A stretch of DNA of 64,000 nt from an uncultured Candidatus Rokubacteria bacterium (GCA_963826115.1 CAWGVS010000005.1:1344001-1408000), one strand, 5' to 3'. Positions 17,596 through 28,519 are shown, counted from the stretch's first letter. Notes: a model not told the origin generated them from the sequence alone. A program made the numbers and translations.

Positions 17596-18588
17596 TCAGT
17601 AGCCGAGCGCGCGATCGACGACGTTCCGGAGCGGACGGCCTTTCAGGTAGCGCTTCAGGTTGTCGAAGAAGATGTCGAGGCACCGCGAGACGTAGGCGCG
17701 CCCGTCGTCGACTGCGCAGTGCGGGCTCAGGATCACGTTGGGGGTCGACCAGAGGGGCGACTCGGGTGGGAGCGGCTCCTCGTGATACACGTCCAGCACG
17801 GCGCCCGACAGCTCGCGGGCCCAGAGCTTCGAGGTGAGCGCGTCGTAGTCCACCACGGGGCCGCGGCCGAGGTTCACGAGCCCGGCGTGCTTCGGCAGGG
17901 CGTCGAGCTCCTTCGCGCCGACGAGGCCGCGGGTCTCGGCGGTCAGCGGCGTCGTGACCACCACGAAGTCGGCCTGGCGGAGCGCCGCGCGGATGTTCTT
18001 CGTCGTGTACATCTGGTGGACGTACCGGTGGGGGCGCCCGCTCCGCCGCACGCCGAGGACCCGCATCCCGAAGCGACGGGCCAGGCGCGCCACCTCCCCG
18101 CCGATCCGGCCGACGCCGACGAGGACGACCGTGCGCCCGGCGATCGGCGTCATGAAGATCGGGTCCCAGCGCCGCTCGCGCTGACGCGTCACGAAGTGCG
18201 GGACGCCGTGATTCAGCATGAGGAGCGCGGTCATCGCGTACTCGCCGCCCTTCGGGGTGTGGACGCCGCTGGCGTTGGTCAGGACCACCTCCGGCGGCAG
18301 GAGCGGCACGAGCTTCTCCACCCCGGCGCTCGTGGACTGGATCCACCGCAGGCGGGGCGCGCGGGTCGCGAGGTCGCGACCGTCCACGTGGGCGACCATG
18401 AGGATCTCCGCCTCGCGCAGTCCCTCCTCCAGGGCCGGCGGGTCCACGCCGAAGGTCACGTTGAGCCGCCGCCGGAGCTCCGGCACGCCGGCCGCGCCCT
18501 TGGCGAAGCGGGGCGGCGTGACGGCGTCGTTCGGGCTCAGAGGGTCGTTCTGGACGTGGAGACGGATCCGGCGGTCGCGGGGGGGCAT
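17596..18588 (-). CDS. D-2-hydroxyacid dehydrogenase family protein
   Basis: GAGGAG RBS; 'SAGVE', 'GVGRIG', 'NLGRG', 'LDV...EPL', 'SPH', 'NVVD..LGY'. Confidence 0.9.
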   Translation of the reverse strand: MPPRDRRIRLHVQNDPLSPNDAVTPPRFAKGAAGVPELRRRLNVTFGVDPPALEEGLREAEILMVAHVDGRDLATRAPRLRWIQSTSAGVEKLVPLLPPEVVLTNASGVHTPKGGEYAMTALLMLNHGVPHFVTRQRERRWDPIFMTPIAGRTVVLVGVGRIGGEVARLARRFGMRVLGVRRSGRPHRYVHQMYTTKNIRAALRQADFVVVTTPLTAETRGLVGAKELDALPKHAGLVNLGRGPVVDYDALTSKLWARELSGAVLDVYHEEPLPPESPLWSTPNVILSPHCAVDDGRAYVSRCLDIFFDNLKRYLKGRPLRNVVDRALGY

Positions 18589-18753
18589 CGGCGCTCCTCG
18601 TGGCTCGGGGTTCGACGGTCCGACGTCGAGAGTCGTCGGGCATTCTAGCCCACCTTGGCGCGCCGTGGGCGGCGCGGCGCGCATGCTAGACTGCGACGAC
18701 CCGACAGCGTCCGGGACCGCCGCCCGGCGCGGGGCTCCAGGAGGCGCGACGCC

Positions 18754-19404
18754 CTGCCACTCGAGCGGTTCTTCTCACCGGCGGATCACGCGGCGATCGA
18801 GGCCGCCGTCCGCGAGGCGGAGGGGCGAAGCGCCGGCGAGATCGTCCCCTACGCCGTCGAGCACTCGGACCGCTACGTGCGCGCCTTCTGGACCGCGTCG
18901 ACGCTCGGCGCCCTCGTCGGCGGAGCGGTCGCCGCGCTCGTCCACTGGGCCTGGGACCTCTGGGCCGGTCCCGTCGCGCTCTGGATCGCGCTGCCACCCG
19001 CGACGGGCGCCGCGCTCGGCTGGCTCGCGACGCTCGCGTCGCCCGCGCTCCGGCGCCTCCTGTTGCCCCCCGACGTCATGGCGGAGCGCGTGCGCCAGCG
19101 GGCGTTCCAGGCCTTCGTCGAGGAGGAGGTGTTCCGCACCCGGGACCGGAGCGGGATCCTGATCTTCGTCTCGCTGTTCGAGCACCGCGTCGTCGTCCAC
19201 GCCGACCGCGGGCTCGACGGGCTCGTCACGCCCGCCGAGTGGGAGGAGGTCGTCTCGGCCATCGCGGCCAGCATGCGGGACGGACGGCCGGGCCCGGCCC
19301 TCGCCGACGGCATCCGGCGCTGCGCCGGTCTCGCCAGCCGGCTCCCACCCCGACCCGACGACCGGGACGAGCTTCCCGGTCGGCTCCGGCTGGGCCGAGA
19401 GTGA
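18754..19404 (+). CDS. TPM-domain membrane protein (start uncertain, possibly CTG 18754)
   Basis: 'I.AAV.EAE.RS.GEIV', 'T.DRSGILIFVS..EH', 'DEL'; AGGAGG 9 nt before the CTG. Confidence 0.8.
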   Translation: MPLERFFSPADHAAIEAAVREAEGRSAGEIVPYAVEHSDRYVRAFWTASTLGALVGGAVAALVHWAWDLWAGPVALWIALPPATGAALGWLATLASPALRRLLLPPDVMAERVRQRAFQAFVEEEVFRTRDRSGILIFVSLFEHRVVVHADRGLDGLVTPAEWEEVVSAIAASMRDGRPGPALADGIRRCAGLASRLPPRPDDRDELPGRLRLGRE

Positions 19405-20372
19405 GCCGCCGAGTCGCCGCGTTCCCCGGGCGATGCCGTCCGCGTCACGGGACGCTCGCCTCCCTCCTCACGCTGGTCCTGGGCCTCGCGTGGCTCGTCG
19501 CCGTCCCCGCCGCGTGGGGCGCGAAGGAGGTCCCGTTCCTCGCCGCCCGTGTGAACGACGTCGCGAACCTCGTCTCGCCCGCGGTGCGGGAGCGCCTCGA
19601 AACCAAGCTCGCCGACGTCGAGCGCCGGACGGGCGCCCAGATCGCGGTCCTCACGGTCGACAGCCTCGACGGGGACTCGATCGAGGACTACGCGGTGCGC
19701 GTCTTCCAGACCTGGAAGCTCGGGCGGAAGGGCGTCGACGACGGCGTCCTCTTCGTGGTGGCGCGCCAGGAGCGGCGCATGCGGATCGAGGTCGGATACG
19801 GCCTCGAGAGCCGCCTGACCGACGCGCGCTCGCGGCAGATCCTGGACGACATCGTCAGGCCGGTCTTCCGCGCGGGAAACTTCGGCGCCGGCATCGAGGC
19901 CGGCGTCGACGCCATCGCGGCGGTCGTGGAGGGCGCGCCCCTCCCGGCTCCGAAGAAGGACCGCACCGCGCAGATCGGCTCGATCGTCGGGATCACGTTC
20001 TTCGCGCTCATGTTCCTCACCGTCATCGGGACCTTCTCCCTGGTCGCGCTCTTCGCGCCGGGCAGCGCCGGCTGGTTTCTCTACCTGTTCCTCACGCCTT
20101 TCTACGCGATCTTCCCGTCCGTCGTCCTGCCGCCGTACGGCGGCGTCGTCGCGGCCGGGAGCTGGCTCCTGCTCTTTCCGATCGTCCGGAGCTTCCTCCA
20201 CAGCGCCCAGGGCAAGAAGTTCCGCGAGCGTCATGGCTGGGTCATGGGCCCGGCGAGCGCCGGGGGCGGACGCTGGAGCGGCGGCGGCTTCTCCGGCGGT
20301 GGCGGAGGCGGCGGGGGCTTCTCGGGCGGCGGCGGATCGTCAGGGGGCGGCGGCGCGTCCAGCAGCTGGTAG
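19401..20372 (+). CDS. TPM-domain protein (YgcG-like) with Gly-rich C-terminal tail
   Basis: 'RVNDVAN', 'W.LG.KG.DDGVL', 'RIEVGYGLE', 'GFSGGGGSSGGGGASSSW'. Confidence 0.9.
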   Translation: MSRRVAAFPGRCRPRHGTLASLLTLVLGLAWLVAVPAAWGAKEVPFLAARVNDVANLVSPAVRERLETKLADVERRTGAQIAVLTVDSLDGDSIEDYAVRVFQTWKLGRKGVDDGVLFVVARQERRMRIEVGYGLESRLTDARSRQILDDIVRPVFRAGNFGAGIEAGVDAIAAVVEGAPLPAPKKDRTAQIGSIVGITFFALMFLTVIGTFSLVALFAPGSAGWFLYLFLTPFYAIFPSVVLPPYGGVVAAGSWLLLFPIVRSFLHSAQGKKFRERHGWVMGPASAGGGRWSGGGFSGGGGGGGGFSGGGGSSGGGGASSSW

Positions 20373-20404
20373 GCGAGCCTCTCGGGGCGCGCTCACCGGC
20401 GAGT

Positions 20405-20434
20405 CACCGGGGGGCGGGGCCCCGCCCCCCGGTG
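20405..20434. terminator. Perfect 30-bp palindrome; probable terminator-like hairpin
   Basis: CACCGGGGGGCGGGG|CCCCGCCCCCCGGTG, downstream of the TPM genes and of the candidate minus-strand RNA; no U-tract. Confidence 0.5.
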
Positions 20435-20645
20435 GTCCTTCTCGCGCTCGCGTCCCCGCTCGCACGTGGAGCGTTTCCGGGACGGCCTGCGCGCTCCCCT
20501 TAGCAGGGGAGCCCTGGTCCCTCCGGATTCCGCCACCGGATTGCCCGGCGGCGGCCTTCCCCTAGCGCGGTGGCGTGTCCTCCATGAGTCCTCCTGTGAA
20601 GGGCTCCACTCCGTGAGCCCTCGGCGGGGTCGCGCGCCCCCGTCA
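20405..20645 (-). ncRNA. Candidate GGA-rich small RNA (Csr/Rsm-like) or leader with micro-ORF
   Basis: Upstream TTGACA-N17-TCCACT; 14 GGA on the minus strand in 20436-20612; several hairpins; ends at the 30-bp palindrome. Confidence 0.35.
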
Positions 20646-20650
20646 CCTCG

Positions 20651-20679
20651 AGTGGAACGCCGCGCGGCGCGCGTGTCAA
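20651..20679 (-). promoter_or_regulatory. Putative sigma70 promoter facing the 20400-20645 intergenic region
   Basis: Consensus TTGACA (20679-20674), 17-nt spacer, TCCACT (imperfect -10). Confidence 0.45.
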
Positions 20680-20848
20680 GAGGCGCCGCATGTTCCCGCG
20701 CGCGAGCCCGACACCGTCTCGACACCCGCGACCGCGCGCCAGATCATCGGCGTCTCGCAGGCTGGCCGTGCGGTGGGGCACGGCGTGGCGCGAGCCGCGC
20801 GCGTCGCCCGGCCGGGCCGGTGCTAGGATGTGGGCCTGGGAGGACGCC

Positions 20849-22129
20849 ATGACGCCAACCGTCTACGACCTCGTACTTCGAGGCGGCCGCGTGATCGACC
20901 CGGACCAGGGCCTGGATACCGTCGCGGACGTCGCGGTGAGCGGCGGGCGCGTCGCCGCCATCGGGCCGGCGCTCGCCTCGGCGGCGCGCGCGCGCGAGGT
21001 CGTCGACGTCGGCGGGCGACTCGTCCTCCCCGGCCTCATCGACACCCACGCCCACGTCTACCAGTACGTCACCGGCCGCTTCGGCCTCGAGGCCGACATG
21101 GTCGGCGTCCACTCCGGGACGACCACGCTGATCGACCAGGGCGGCCCGAGCTGCATGACCCTCCCTGGGTTCCGCAAGTTCGTCGCCGAGCCGGCCGCGA
21201 CCCGTGTCTATGCCTTCCTGTCCGCCTACCTGGTCGGCGGCCTCGAGGGCCACTACTACCCCGCCCTCTACGGCCCCGACGGCGTGGACGTCCGCGCGAC
21301 GATCCGCGCGGCCCAGGAGAACGCGGACCTGGTCCGCGGCATCAAGGCGCACGCCGAGATCGGCGGCGTCGCCCGCTGGGGGCTCGACGTCCTGCGCCTC
21401 GGCGCCGAGATCGCCCGCGAGGCGGACCTCCCGCTCTACGTCCACTTCGGCCAGCTGTGGCCGCTCCCGAAGTCGGGCGCGGGCGACGCGGACCCCGACA
21501 CGATCCTCGCCCGCGTGGTGGAGATTCTCCGGCCGGGCGACGTCCTCGCGCATCCGTTCACCCGACACCCCGGCGGCTTCGTCGACCGAAAGGGGCGCGT
21601 CCACCCGGTGGTCCGGGAAGCGATGGCGCGCGGCCTCCGGATCGACGTGGGCCACGGCTCCCACTTCAGCTTCGACGTGGCTCGGCGGGTGCTCGACGCG
21701 GGGATCGTGCCGGACACGCTCGGCGCCGACCTCCACGGCTACAACACGGAGGTGCCGCGCCCGGCGGGCACGCCGCCGGGCGCGCATCCCGACCCGGAGC
21801 TCCACCCGTTCGCCGGCAGCACACGCTTCAGCCTGGCGCGCGCGATGACGGGACTGATGGCGTGCGGGATCGGTCTCGAGCAGGTCGTGCCGATGGTCAC
21901 CCGGAACGCCGCGCGGATGCTCGGCCGCGAGGGCGAGCTCGGCTCGCTCCGGCCGGGCGGCGTCGCCGACGTCACGGTCCTCGACGATCGGCGCGGCCGC
22001 TTCTCGCTCCGGGACAACGGCGGCACGGAGGTGATCGCCGAGCGCCTGCTGATGCCCGCGTTCTGCCTGCGAGCCGGCCGGCGGATCGACGCCGACGCGC
22101 CCATCCTCCCGCAGGCCGTCGCAGCCTGA
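20849..22129 (+). CDS. Amidohydrolase/deacetylase family metallohydrolase (dihydroorotase-like)
   Basis: GGAGG RBS; 'PGLIDTHAH', 'GIKAH', 'VH', 'AHPF', 'DVGHG', 'GAD.H'. Confidence 0.85.
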   Translation: MTPTVYDLVLRGGRVIDPDQGLDTVADVAVSGGRVAAIGPALASAARAREVVDVGGRLVLPGLIDTHAHVYQYVTGRFGLEADMVGVHSGTTTLIDQGGPSCMTLPGFRKFVAEPAATRVYAFLSAYLVGGLEGHYYPALYGPDGVDVRATIRAAQENADLVRGIKAHAEIGGVARWGLDVLRLGAEIAREADLPLYVHFGQLWPLPKSGAGDADPDTILARVVEILRPGDVLAHPFTRHPGGFVDRKGRVHPVVREAMARGLRIDVGHGSHFSFDVARRVLDAGIVPDTLGADLHGYNTEVPRPAGTPPGAHPDPELHPFAGSTRFSLARAMTGLMACGIGLEQVVPMVTRNAARMLGREGELGSLRPGGVADVTVLDDRRGRFSLRDNGGTEVIAERLLMPAFCLRAGRRIDADAPILPQAVAA

Positions 22130-22168
22130 GCGTTCCCCTCTCGCGGCTCGCTCCGGGCCGACGCCCGA

Positions 22169-23014
22169 TCAGGCGAGGGGCGCCCAGTAGCGGACCGGCT
22201 GGATCCCGCCGTCGCGGCGCGCCAGGAGCCAGGTGGAGCCCTTCTTCTTGGGCTCCCCCTCGCCCACCAAGGCCTCCACGACGTCGCCGTGCGTGCAGAG
22301 CACCACCGGGCCCGATCCCAGGCGGTCGACGAGCGCCAGCGCCTCCGCAACCGAGGCGCCCTCGGCGATCGCGGCGTCCCGCTCGACGGGCATGTCGAGA
22401 TGGGCGGCGAGCGGCTCGAGCGTCTGCACGCACCGGACGTACGGGCTCGAGACGAGCCGCGTCAGCGCGTAGCCCGAGAGCGGCGCGACGATGGCGTCCG
22501 CCTGGCGGCGTCCCCGCTTGTCGAGGGGGCGCAGGCGGTCGTCGCCGGTCCACTCGTCGCGACTGCCCGCCCGCCCGTGCCGCACCAGGAGGACGAGCGG
22601 GCGGAGCGCCGGCTCGAGCACGTCGAGGATCGCGCGGTCGCCGGGATAGGAGAGCTCCCGCCCCGCGGACGGCAGCGGCACCCAGCGGATCTCGTCCACT
22701 TCCGAGTTCGGCTGGAAGGCGCCCTCACGGACGGTCATCGCCCAGTAACGGACGCCCTTCGGACGCCCCCTCCGGTCGCGGTACCGGCTCTCGCCGAGCT
22801 CGGGCCCCAGGAGGCACTCGAACCCCGTCTCCTCGGCGACCTCGCGGAGCGCGCAGTCCTCCTCCGCCTCGCCGGGCTCGACCTTCCCCTTCGGAAGGGT
22901 CCAGTCCCGATGGCCGGGCCGATGGACCAGCAGGACGTCGATCTGACGGCCGGCGCCGACCCGGAGGACCGCCCCGCCCGCCGCCCGGATCTCCGGCGCT
23001 AGGCGGCCTTCCAC
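22169..23014 (-). CDS. NUDIX hydrolase fused to a histidine phosphatase domain (MutT1-like)
   Basis: Nudix box '[22 protein letters not shown]'; 'LVRHGRAG', 'SSP..RC.QT', 'CTHG'. Confidence 0.88.
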   Translation of the reverse strand: MEGRLAPEIRAAGGAVLRVGAGRQIDVLLVHRPGHRDWTLPKGKVEPGEAEEDCALREVAEETGFECLLGPELGESRYRDRRGRPKGVRYWAMTVREGAFQPNSEVDEIRWVPLPSAGRELSYPGDRAILDVLEPALRPLVLLVRHGRAGSRDEWTGDDRLRPLDKRGRRQADAIVAPLSGYALTRLVSSPYVRCVQTLEPLAAHLDMPVERDAAIAEGASVAEALALVDRLGSGPVVLCTHGDVVEALVGEGEPKKKGSTWLLARRDGGIQPVRYWAPLA

Positions 23015-24408
23015 GCGCCCTGCCGCACGAGGTCGTCGCCGACGGCCTGGATCCCTCGGGCGACGCCGTCCACCACGAAGTCCACCTGCTCCCGCGTGAT
23101 GCAGAGCGGCGGCGAGAGGGCGACGACGTGCCCGACCGGGAGCGCGCGAACGATCAGCCCGTCCTCGAGGCAGCGGGCGGCGACCGCCTGGCTCACCTTC
23201 TCCGTGGGCTCGAACGGTCGCCGCGTCGCGCGGTCGGCCATCAGCTGGACGCCCGCGACGAGCCCGACACCCCGGACGTCGCCCACCAGCGGGAGCCCGG
23301 CGACGCGCTCGCGGAGCGCGGCCTGCATGTAGGCGCCGGTGCGCGCGGCGTTTCCGATCAGGTCCTCGCCGAGGAGGATGTCGAGGTTCGCCATGGCCGC
23401 GGCCGCCCCCACCGGGTGTCCGCTGTAGGTGAAGCCGTGGGCGAACGCGCCGACCTCGGGCGAGCCGGCCTGGAGCACCGACCACACTCGCTCCGAGACG
23501 ATCACGCCCGACAGCGGGAAGTACCCGCTGGTGAGCCCCTTGGCGACGGTCATCAGGTCGGGCTGGATGTCGTACACGTGGGAGCCGAACGGGCGCCCGA
23601 GGCGACCGAACCCGCAGATCACCTCGTCGACGATCATCAGGATGTCGTGCTTCCGGAGCACGGCCTGGACCCGGTCGAAGTACGTCCGCGGCGGGACGAG
23701 CACGCCGCCAGTACCCATGATCGGCTCGGCAATGAACGCGCCGATCGTGTCGGGCCCCTCGCGCTCGATGAGGGCCTCGAGCTCGGCGACCACGGAGGCG
23801 GCGTACGCCTCCTCGGTGACACCGGGCGCGGCGTCGCGGTAGTAATCCGGCGCCTTCGTGTGGAGCACCATCGGGAGCGGCAGGTCGAAGGCGCGGTGGA
23901 ACGTCGGGAGGCCGGTCAGGCTGGCCGCCGCCACCGTGCTCCCGTGATAGGCGCCGAGGCGCGAGATGATCTTCTTCTTCCGGGGTTTCCCGCGGAGGTT
24001 GTTGTAGTACCAGACGAGCTTCACCTGGGTGTCGTTCGCCTCGGAGCCGGAGTTGGCGAAGAACACCCGGCTCATCCGGCCCGGCACCATCCCCAGCAGG
24101 CGGTCGGCCAGGCGGATCTGCGGCTCGTTCGACATCGACGAGAACGTGTGGTAGTAACCGAGCCGCCGCGACTGGGCGGCGATGGCGTCGCTCACCTCGG
24201 TGCGGCCGTATCCGATGTTCACGCACCACAGCCCGGCGAAGGCGTCGAGGTAGCGGCGGCCGTTCGAGTCCGTCAACATGACGCCCGCGCCGTCGGTCAT
24301 GATCCGCGGTCCCGTGCGCAGGTGGTCGGCGATCGACGTCGACGGGTGGAGCACGCGCTCCTTGTCGAGGGTCTCGAGGGTCTGCATGTCGGAGGGCTTG
24401 CCGCTCAT
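22999..24408 (-). CDS. Class III (omega-amine) aminotransferase
   Basis: AGGAG RBS; '[10 protein letters not shown]', 'SGSEAND', 'DEVICGFGR', 'AKGLTSGY', 'HGFTYSGHP'. Confidence 0.92.
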   Translation of the reverse strand: MSGKPSDMQTLETLDKERVLHPSTSIADHLRTGPRIMTDGAGVMLTDSNGRRYLDAFAGLWCVNIGYGRTEVSDAIAAQSRRLGYYHTFSSMSNEPQIRLADRLLGMVPGRMSRVFFANSGSEANDTQVKLVWYYNNLRGKPRKKKIISRLGAYHGSTVAAASLTGLPTFHRAFDLPLPMVLHTKAPDYYRDAAPGVTEEAYAASVVAELEALIEREGPDTIGAFIAEPIMGTGGVLVPPRTYFDRVQAVLRKHDILMIVDEVICGFGRLGRPFGSHVYDIQPDLMTVAKGLTSGYFPLSGVIVSERVWSVLQAGSPEVGAFAHGFTYSGHPVGAAAAMANLDILLGEDLIGNAARTGAYMQAALRERVAGLPLVGDVRGVGLVAGVQLMADRATRRPFEPTEKVSQAVAARCLEDGLIVRALPVGHVVALSPPLCITREQVDFVVDGVARGIQAVGDDLVRQGAWKAA

Positions 24409-24505
24409 CGTCAGGCTCCTTCGGGGCGTCCGCCGGGACGGGCGCGTGGAATCGGTCGTCCGGTCGCTCATGATACGCCAAGCGCCGGCGCCGCGCGCGG
24501 GTCGC

Positions 24506-25744
24506 TCAGCCGCGGCGGTACGCGCGGAGCGCGGGCGAGCGCCAGGCAATCCACGACGTGCTCACCAGGCTCGCCGCCCCGCCGAGCACGACCGCGAGCC
24601 CCGCCCCGAGCCACTGGGCGACGACGCCGGCCTCGAACTCCCCGAGCTGCGGCCCGCCCATGAAGAACAGCATGCTGATGCCGACCATGCGGCCGCGCAG
24701 GTGGTCGGGCGTCTCGAACTGCCGCACGATGTTCCGGAGGACGGCGCTGACCGTGTCGGCCGAGCCCGTGACGGCAAGGGCGAAGAACATCGGCCAGAAG
24801 CTCCGCGAGAACCCGAAGACGATCGTCGCCACGCCGTAGACGGCCACCGCCCAGAGCAGCACGAGGCCCCGCCGGCGGATGCGGCCGGCGAGCCGGACCA
24901 TCGCCACGCTGGCCACCACGGCGCCGATCGAGGGCGCGGCGTAGAGCCAGCCGTACCCGTGCGGCCCCACGTCCAGCACGTCCTGCGCGAACAGGGGCAA
25001 GAGAGCGGTCGCCGAGCAGAAGAAGGTCGCGATGCCGTCGAGGAGCAGAGTCGACCGGAGCAGCGGCGCCCCGAACACGAACCGGAGCCCCTCCCCGAGC
25101 GAGTGAAGGCTGACGGCGCCCCGGCTCGCGGGACGCATCGGGGGCAGGTCCCGCATCAGCAGGAGCGCGGTGATCGTCGCGATGAACGAAACGGCGTTCA
25201 GGGCGTACACGGTGGCGATGCCCACCGTGGCCAGCGCGACGCCCGCCAGGGTCGGCCCGAGGACGGACGCGGTCTGGTACACGATCGAGTTGAGGCTGAT
25301 GGCGTTCGGCAGGTGCTCGCGCGGCACGAGGCTCGGCAGGAGCGACTGGCGCGCCGGGCCGTCGGCGGCGCCCGCCGCCGCGCCCGCTCCCGCCACGATC
25401 AGGATGACCCACGCGCTCGCCAAGCCCGCCGCCGTGAGGACGGCGAGCAGCGTGGCGGCCAGCATCATCACGGTCTGGGCAACCAGCATGAGCCGCCGGC
25501 GGTCGACCGCGTCGGCCAGCACCCCGCTCCACATCCCGAAGACGAGGATGGGGCCGACCCGGGCGAGGCCGACGAGTCCGAGGGACAGCGCCTTCCATCC
25601 GGGTGGCGCGAGCAGCGAGATGTGCCAGAGGAGCGCCGCGCCCTGCATCATGGTGCCCGACATGGACACCAGCTGGCCCAGCCAGAGGAGACGGAAGTTC
25701 CGGTGGCGGAGGGCAACGAAGGTCGAGTGGTCCGCCGGCGGCAC
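24506..25744 (-). CDS. MFS transporter
   Basis: '[11 protein letters not shown]', 'ADAVDRRR', 'TPDHLRGR'; about 12 TM segments. Confidence 0.88.
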   Translation of the reverse strand: MPPADHSTFVALRHRNFRLLWLGQLVSMSGTMMQGAALLWHISLLAPPGWKALSLGLVGLARVGPILVFGMWSGVLADAVDRRRLMLVAQTVMMLAATLLAVLTAAGLASAWVILIVAGAGAAAGAADGPARQSLLPSLVPREHLPNAISLNSIVYQTASVLGPTLAGVALATVGIATVYALNAVSFIATITALLLMRDLPPMRPASRGAVSLHSLGEGLRFVFGAPLLRSTLLLDGIATFFCSATALLPLFAQDVLDVGPHGYGWLYAAPSIGAVVASVAMVRLAGRIRRRGLVLLWAVAVYGVATIVFGFSRSFWPMFFALAVTGSADTVSAVLRNIVRQFETPDHLRGRMVGISMLFFMGGPQLGEFEAGVVAQWLGAGLAVVLGGAASLVSTSWIAWRSPALRAYRRG

Positions 25745-25746
25745 CG

Positions 25747-26376
25747 CTACCTCGGGTTCCGGCGCAGACCCCGCCGCGACCCCCGCGCGGTGCGGGCGGC
25801 GCGCCGCCCTCCGGCGGCCCACGTCTCGCGCACGATGGCCCACCGCTCGTGGTCCCGCCAGCGCCCGCCGACCTTGAGGTAGCGCGGTGAGAAGCCTTCC
25901 TGCCGGAAGCCGAGGCGCTGCGCGAGCCGGCGGGACGCGCCATTCCCCGGCTGGATGTTGGCCTCCAGGCGGTGGAGCCCGAGACCCTGGAAAGCGTGGC
26001 GCAGGACGAGCCCGAGGCCCTCGGTCATGTAGCCCTGCCCCGCGTGGGGCCGGAACGCGTAGTAGCCGAGGTAGGCGCTCTGGAATGCGGCGCGCACGAT
26101 CTCGCTCACGTTGACCACGCCGACGATGGCGCCGTCGGCTTGGCGGCAGACCAGGAGGCGATGCCGGGTCGGGCCGGCACCGCGGAGCCAGCGCCCGAGG
26201 GCCGCGACGGTCACCGGCGGGTAGACCCAGGGACGGTGAAGCGCGCGGCTCCGCCGCGCCAGGGCGGCCAGCTCGGCCCGGTCGGCCGGCGCCGGGGTCC
26301 GGATGAAGGCGAGCCGTCCCGTCTCGAGCGCCCCGGGTGGACGGCGCGCGCCCGCTCGCTTCCGGGCCGGCCGCAC
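25747..26376 (-). CDS. GNAT N-acetyltransferase (RimJ/RimL-like)
   Basis: 'AFQSAYLGY', 'GQGYMTEGL', 'LHRLEANIQPGN..S', 'GFRQEG.S..YL...G.WRDHERWA'. Confidence 0.88.
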   Translation of the reverse strand: MRPARKRAGARRPPGALETGRLAFIRTPAPADRAELAALARRSRALHRPWVYPPVTVAALGRWLRGAGPTRHRLLVCRQADGAIVGVVNVSEIVRAAFQSAYLGYYAFRPHAGQGYMTEGLGLVLRHAFQGLGLHRLEANIQPGNGASRRLAQRLGFRQEGFSPRYLKVGGRWRDHERWAIVRETWAAGGRRAARTARGSRRGLRRNPR

Positions 26377-27455
26377 TAGACCGCGACGCCCCGGAGCGTG
26401 AGCTCGCGAGCCCGGTGACAGGCGACGACGTGCCCGGGGGCGATCTCCTCGAGGCGCGGAGTCTCGGTCCGGCAGGCCTCCACGGCGTACGAGCACCGCG
26501 GGTGGAAGTAGCAGCCCGGCGGGGGGTTCGCAGGGTCGGCGACGTCGCCCTCCAGCACGATGCGCTGGGTGCGGAGCCGCGGGTCTGGCTTGGGCACGGC
26601 GGAGAGCAAGGCTTCCGTGTACGGGTGGCGTGGCGTCGTGAACAGGCGCTCGGTGTCCGCGACCTCGACGATCCGGCCCACGTACATGACCGCCACGCGA
26701 TCGCTCACGTGCTTCACGACCGACAGGTCGTGGGCGACGAACAGGTACGTGAGCCCCAGCTCGCTCTGGAGGTCCAGCATCAGGTTGAGGATTTGCGCCT
26801 GCACCGAGACGTCGAGCGCCGACACCGGCTCGTCGGCCACCACGAGGCTCGGGTTCAGGGCCAGCGCCCGGGCGATCCCGATGCGCTGCCGCTGGCCGCC
26901 GCTGAACGCGTGGGGGAAGCGCTGCATGTACTCCGGCCGGAGCCCGACCAGCCGGAGCAGCTCGGCCACCCGGTCGGCGCGCTCGCGCCGGGTGCCGACG
27001 CCGTTCACCAGGAGCGGCTCCCCGACGATGTCGCGGAGCGTCTTCCGGGGGTTCAGCGACGAGAACGGGTCCTGGAAGATCATCTGCATCTGGCGCCGCA
27101 GCGGGCGGAGCCGGCGCCTGGGCAAGGTCGCCACGTCGACCACCTGGCCGTCGGCCCCGCGGAAGAGGATCTCGCCCGCGGTCGGGACGATCGCGCGCAG
27201 GATGCAGCGAGAGGTGGTGGTCTTGCCGCACCCGCTCTCGCCCACCAGCGAGAGCGTCTCGCCCCGCCGGAGCTCGAAGCTCACGTCGTCCACCGCCCGG
27301 ACGTGACCCACCACGCGGCGGAGGAGGCCCCGACGGATCGGGAAGTACTTCCTGAGCCCCCGGACCTCGAGGAGCGGGCCGGCTGCGGCCCGGGCCGCGC
27401 CGTCGGAGCCCGGCAGGCCCGAGGGCGGCGCGGGGCGCGCGGGCCGCTCGCTCAT
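26376..27455 (-). CDS. Oligopeptide/dipeptide ABC transporter ATP-binding protein (OppF-like)
   Basis: Walker A 'GESGCGKTT', 'FSGGQRQR', 'ADEPVSALD', C-terminal 'GC.FHPRC'. Confidence 0.93.
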   Translation of the reverse strand: MSERPARPAPPSGLPGSDGAARAAAGPLLEVRGLRKYFPIRRGLLRRVVGHVRAVDDVSFELRRGETLSLVGESGCGKTTTSRCILRAIVPTAGEILFRGADGQVVDVATLPRRRLRPLRRQMQMIFQDPFSSLNPRKTLRDIVGEPLLVNGVGTRRERADRVAELLRLVGLRPEYMQRFPHAFSGGQRQRIGIARALALNPSLVVADEPVSALDVSVQAQILNLMLDLQSELGLTYLFVAHDLSVVKHVSDRVAVMYVGRIVEVADTERLFTTPRHPYTEALLSAVPKPDPRLRTQRIVLEGDVADPANPPPGCYFHPRCSYAVEACRTETPRLEEIAPGHVVACHRARELTLRGVAV

Positions 27456-28519
27456 GCGCCCGCTCGGACCGCGGCCGAGGCGGCCGCGTCCCGCGGGGGG
27501 TGATGGAGGAAGCAGCTCACCGCCACACTGTCCGCGCCGGCCACGGGCAGGAGCTCTGGCTCGTGCCGCTCGCACGTCCCGCGGATCCACTCGACGCAGC
27601 GGGGGTGGAACGGGCAGCCCGCAGGCCGGTTGTGCGGGTGCGGGATGGAGCCGCTGATCGTCGGCAGCTTCGTCCGGACCTGGGCCTGGATGGACGGGAT
27701 CGAGCGGAGCAGGGCCTGCGTGTACGGGTGCTGCGGGTTGTGGAAGATCGCGTCGACGGGGCCGCGCTCCACCACGCGGCCGAGATACATCACGACCACC
27801 TCGTCGCACATCTCGGCAACGACGCCGAGGTTGTGGGTGATCATCATGATCGCCATGCCCTCCTTGGCCTGGAGGCCCCGGAGGAGGTCCAGGATCTGCG
27901 CCTGCGTCGTCACGTCGAGGGCCGTGGTCGGCTCGTCGGCGATCAGGACGCGCGGGCCGCAGGAGAGGGCGGTCGCGATCATCGCTCGCTGCCGGAGACC
28001 TCCGCTCAGCTGGAAGGCGTATTCGTCTATCCGGCGCTCCGGCTTGGGGATGCCGACCTGGCGCAGGAGGCCGATGGCGCGCTCGCGCGCCTGCTTGGCG
28101 TCCACGCCGAGGTGGAGGCGGATCGTCTCCACCATCTGGTTCCCGACGGTGTGGACGGGGCTGAACGACGTCATGGGCTCCTGGAAGATGAGCCCGATGT
28201 CCCCGCCCCGGATCTGGCGCATCTCGCGGCTCTCGGGGTCCATCGTGGCCACGTTCACCGTCGCCTCGGGCTGACTGTTCGCCCCGGGGCGGCGGAGACG
28301 GATCTCGCCGCTCACGATCCGGCCCGGCTTTTCCACGATCCGCAGGATCGAGCGCGCGGTGACGCTCTTCCCGCAGCCGCTCTCGCCGACGATGCCGAGG
28401 GTCCGCCCCGCGTGGAGCGCGAAGCTCGCTCCGTCGACCGCCTTCACGACCCCCTCCTCGGCGAAGAAGTACGTCCGGAGGTCCCGCACCTCGAGAATCG
28501 GGGCCAGGTCATGCCCCAT
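27452..28519 (-). CDS. Oligopeptide/dipeptide ABC transporter ATP-binding protein (OppD-like; start could be 28555)
   Basis: 'GESGCGKS', 'LSGGLRQR', '[11 protein letters not shown]', 'GCPFHPRC'. Confidence 0.93.
   Translation of the reverse strand: MGHDLAPILEVRDLRTYFFAEEGVVKAVDGASFALHAGRTLGIVGESGCGKSVTARSILRIVEKPGRIVSGEIRLRRPGANSQPEATVNVATMDPESREMRQIRGGDIGLIFQEPMTSFSPVHTVGNQMVETIRLHLGVDAKQARERAIGLLRQVGIPKPERRIDEYAFQLSGGLRQRAMIATALSCGPRVLIADEPTTALDVTTQAQILDLLRGLQAKEGMAIMMITHNLGVVAEMCDEVVVMYLGRVVERGPVDAIFHNPQHPYTQALLRSIPSIQAQVRTKLPTISGSIPHPHNRPAGCPFHPRCVEWIRGTCERHEPELLPVAGADSVAVSCFLHHPPRDAAASAAVRAGA

Noticed and set aside
20270-20372. Gly-rich low-complexity repeat
   Set aside because: Normal C-terminal tail of TPM/YgcG-family proteins
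20460-20570. Resemblance to cobalamin, SAM-I or c-di-AMP riboswitch fragments
   Set aside because: Core motifs missing and no downstream gene on that strand
20830-24663. 1277-aa plus-strand ORF, and other long Arg/Pro/Gly-rich ORFs in the track
   Set aside because: Shadow frames of GC-rich genes; low-complexity translation overlapping well-supported CDSs
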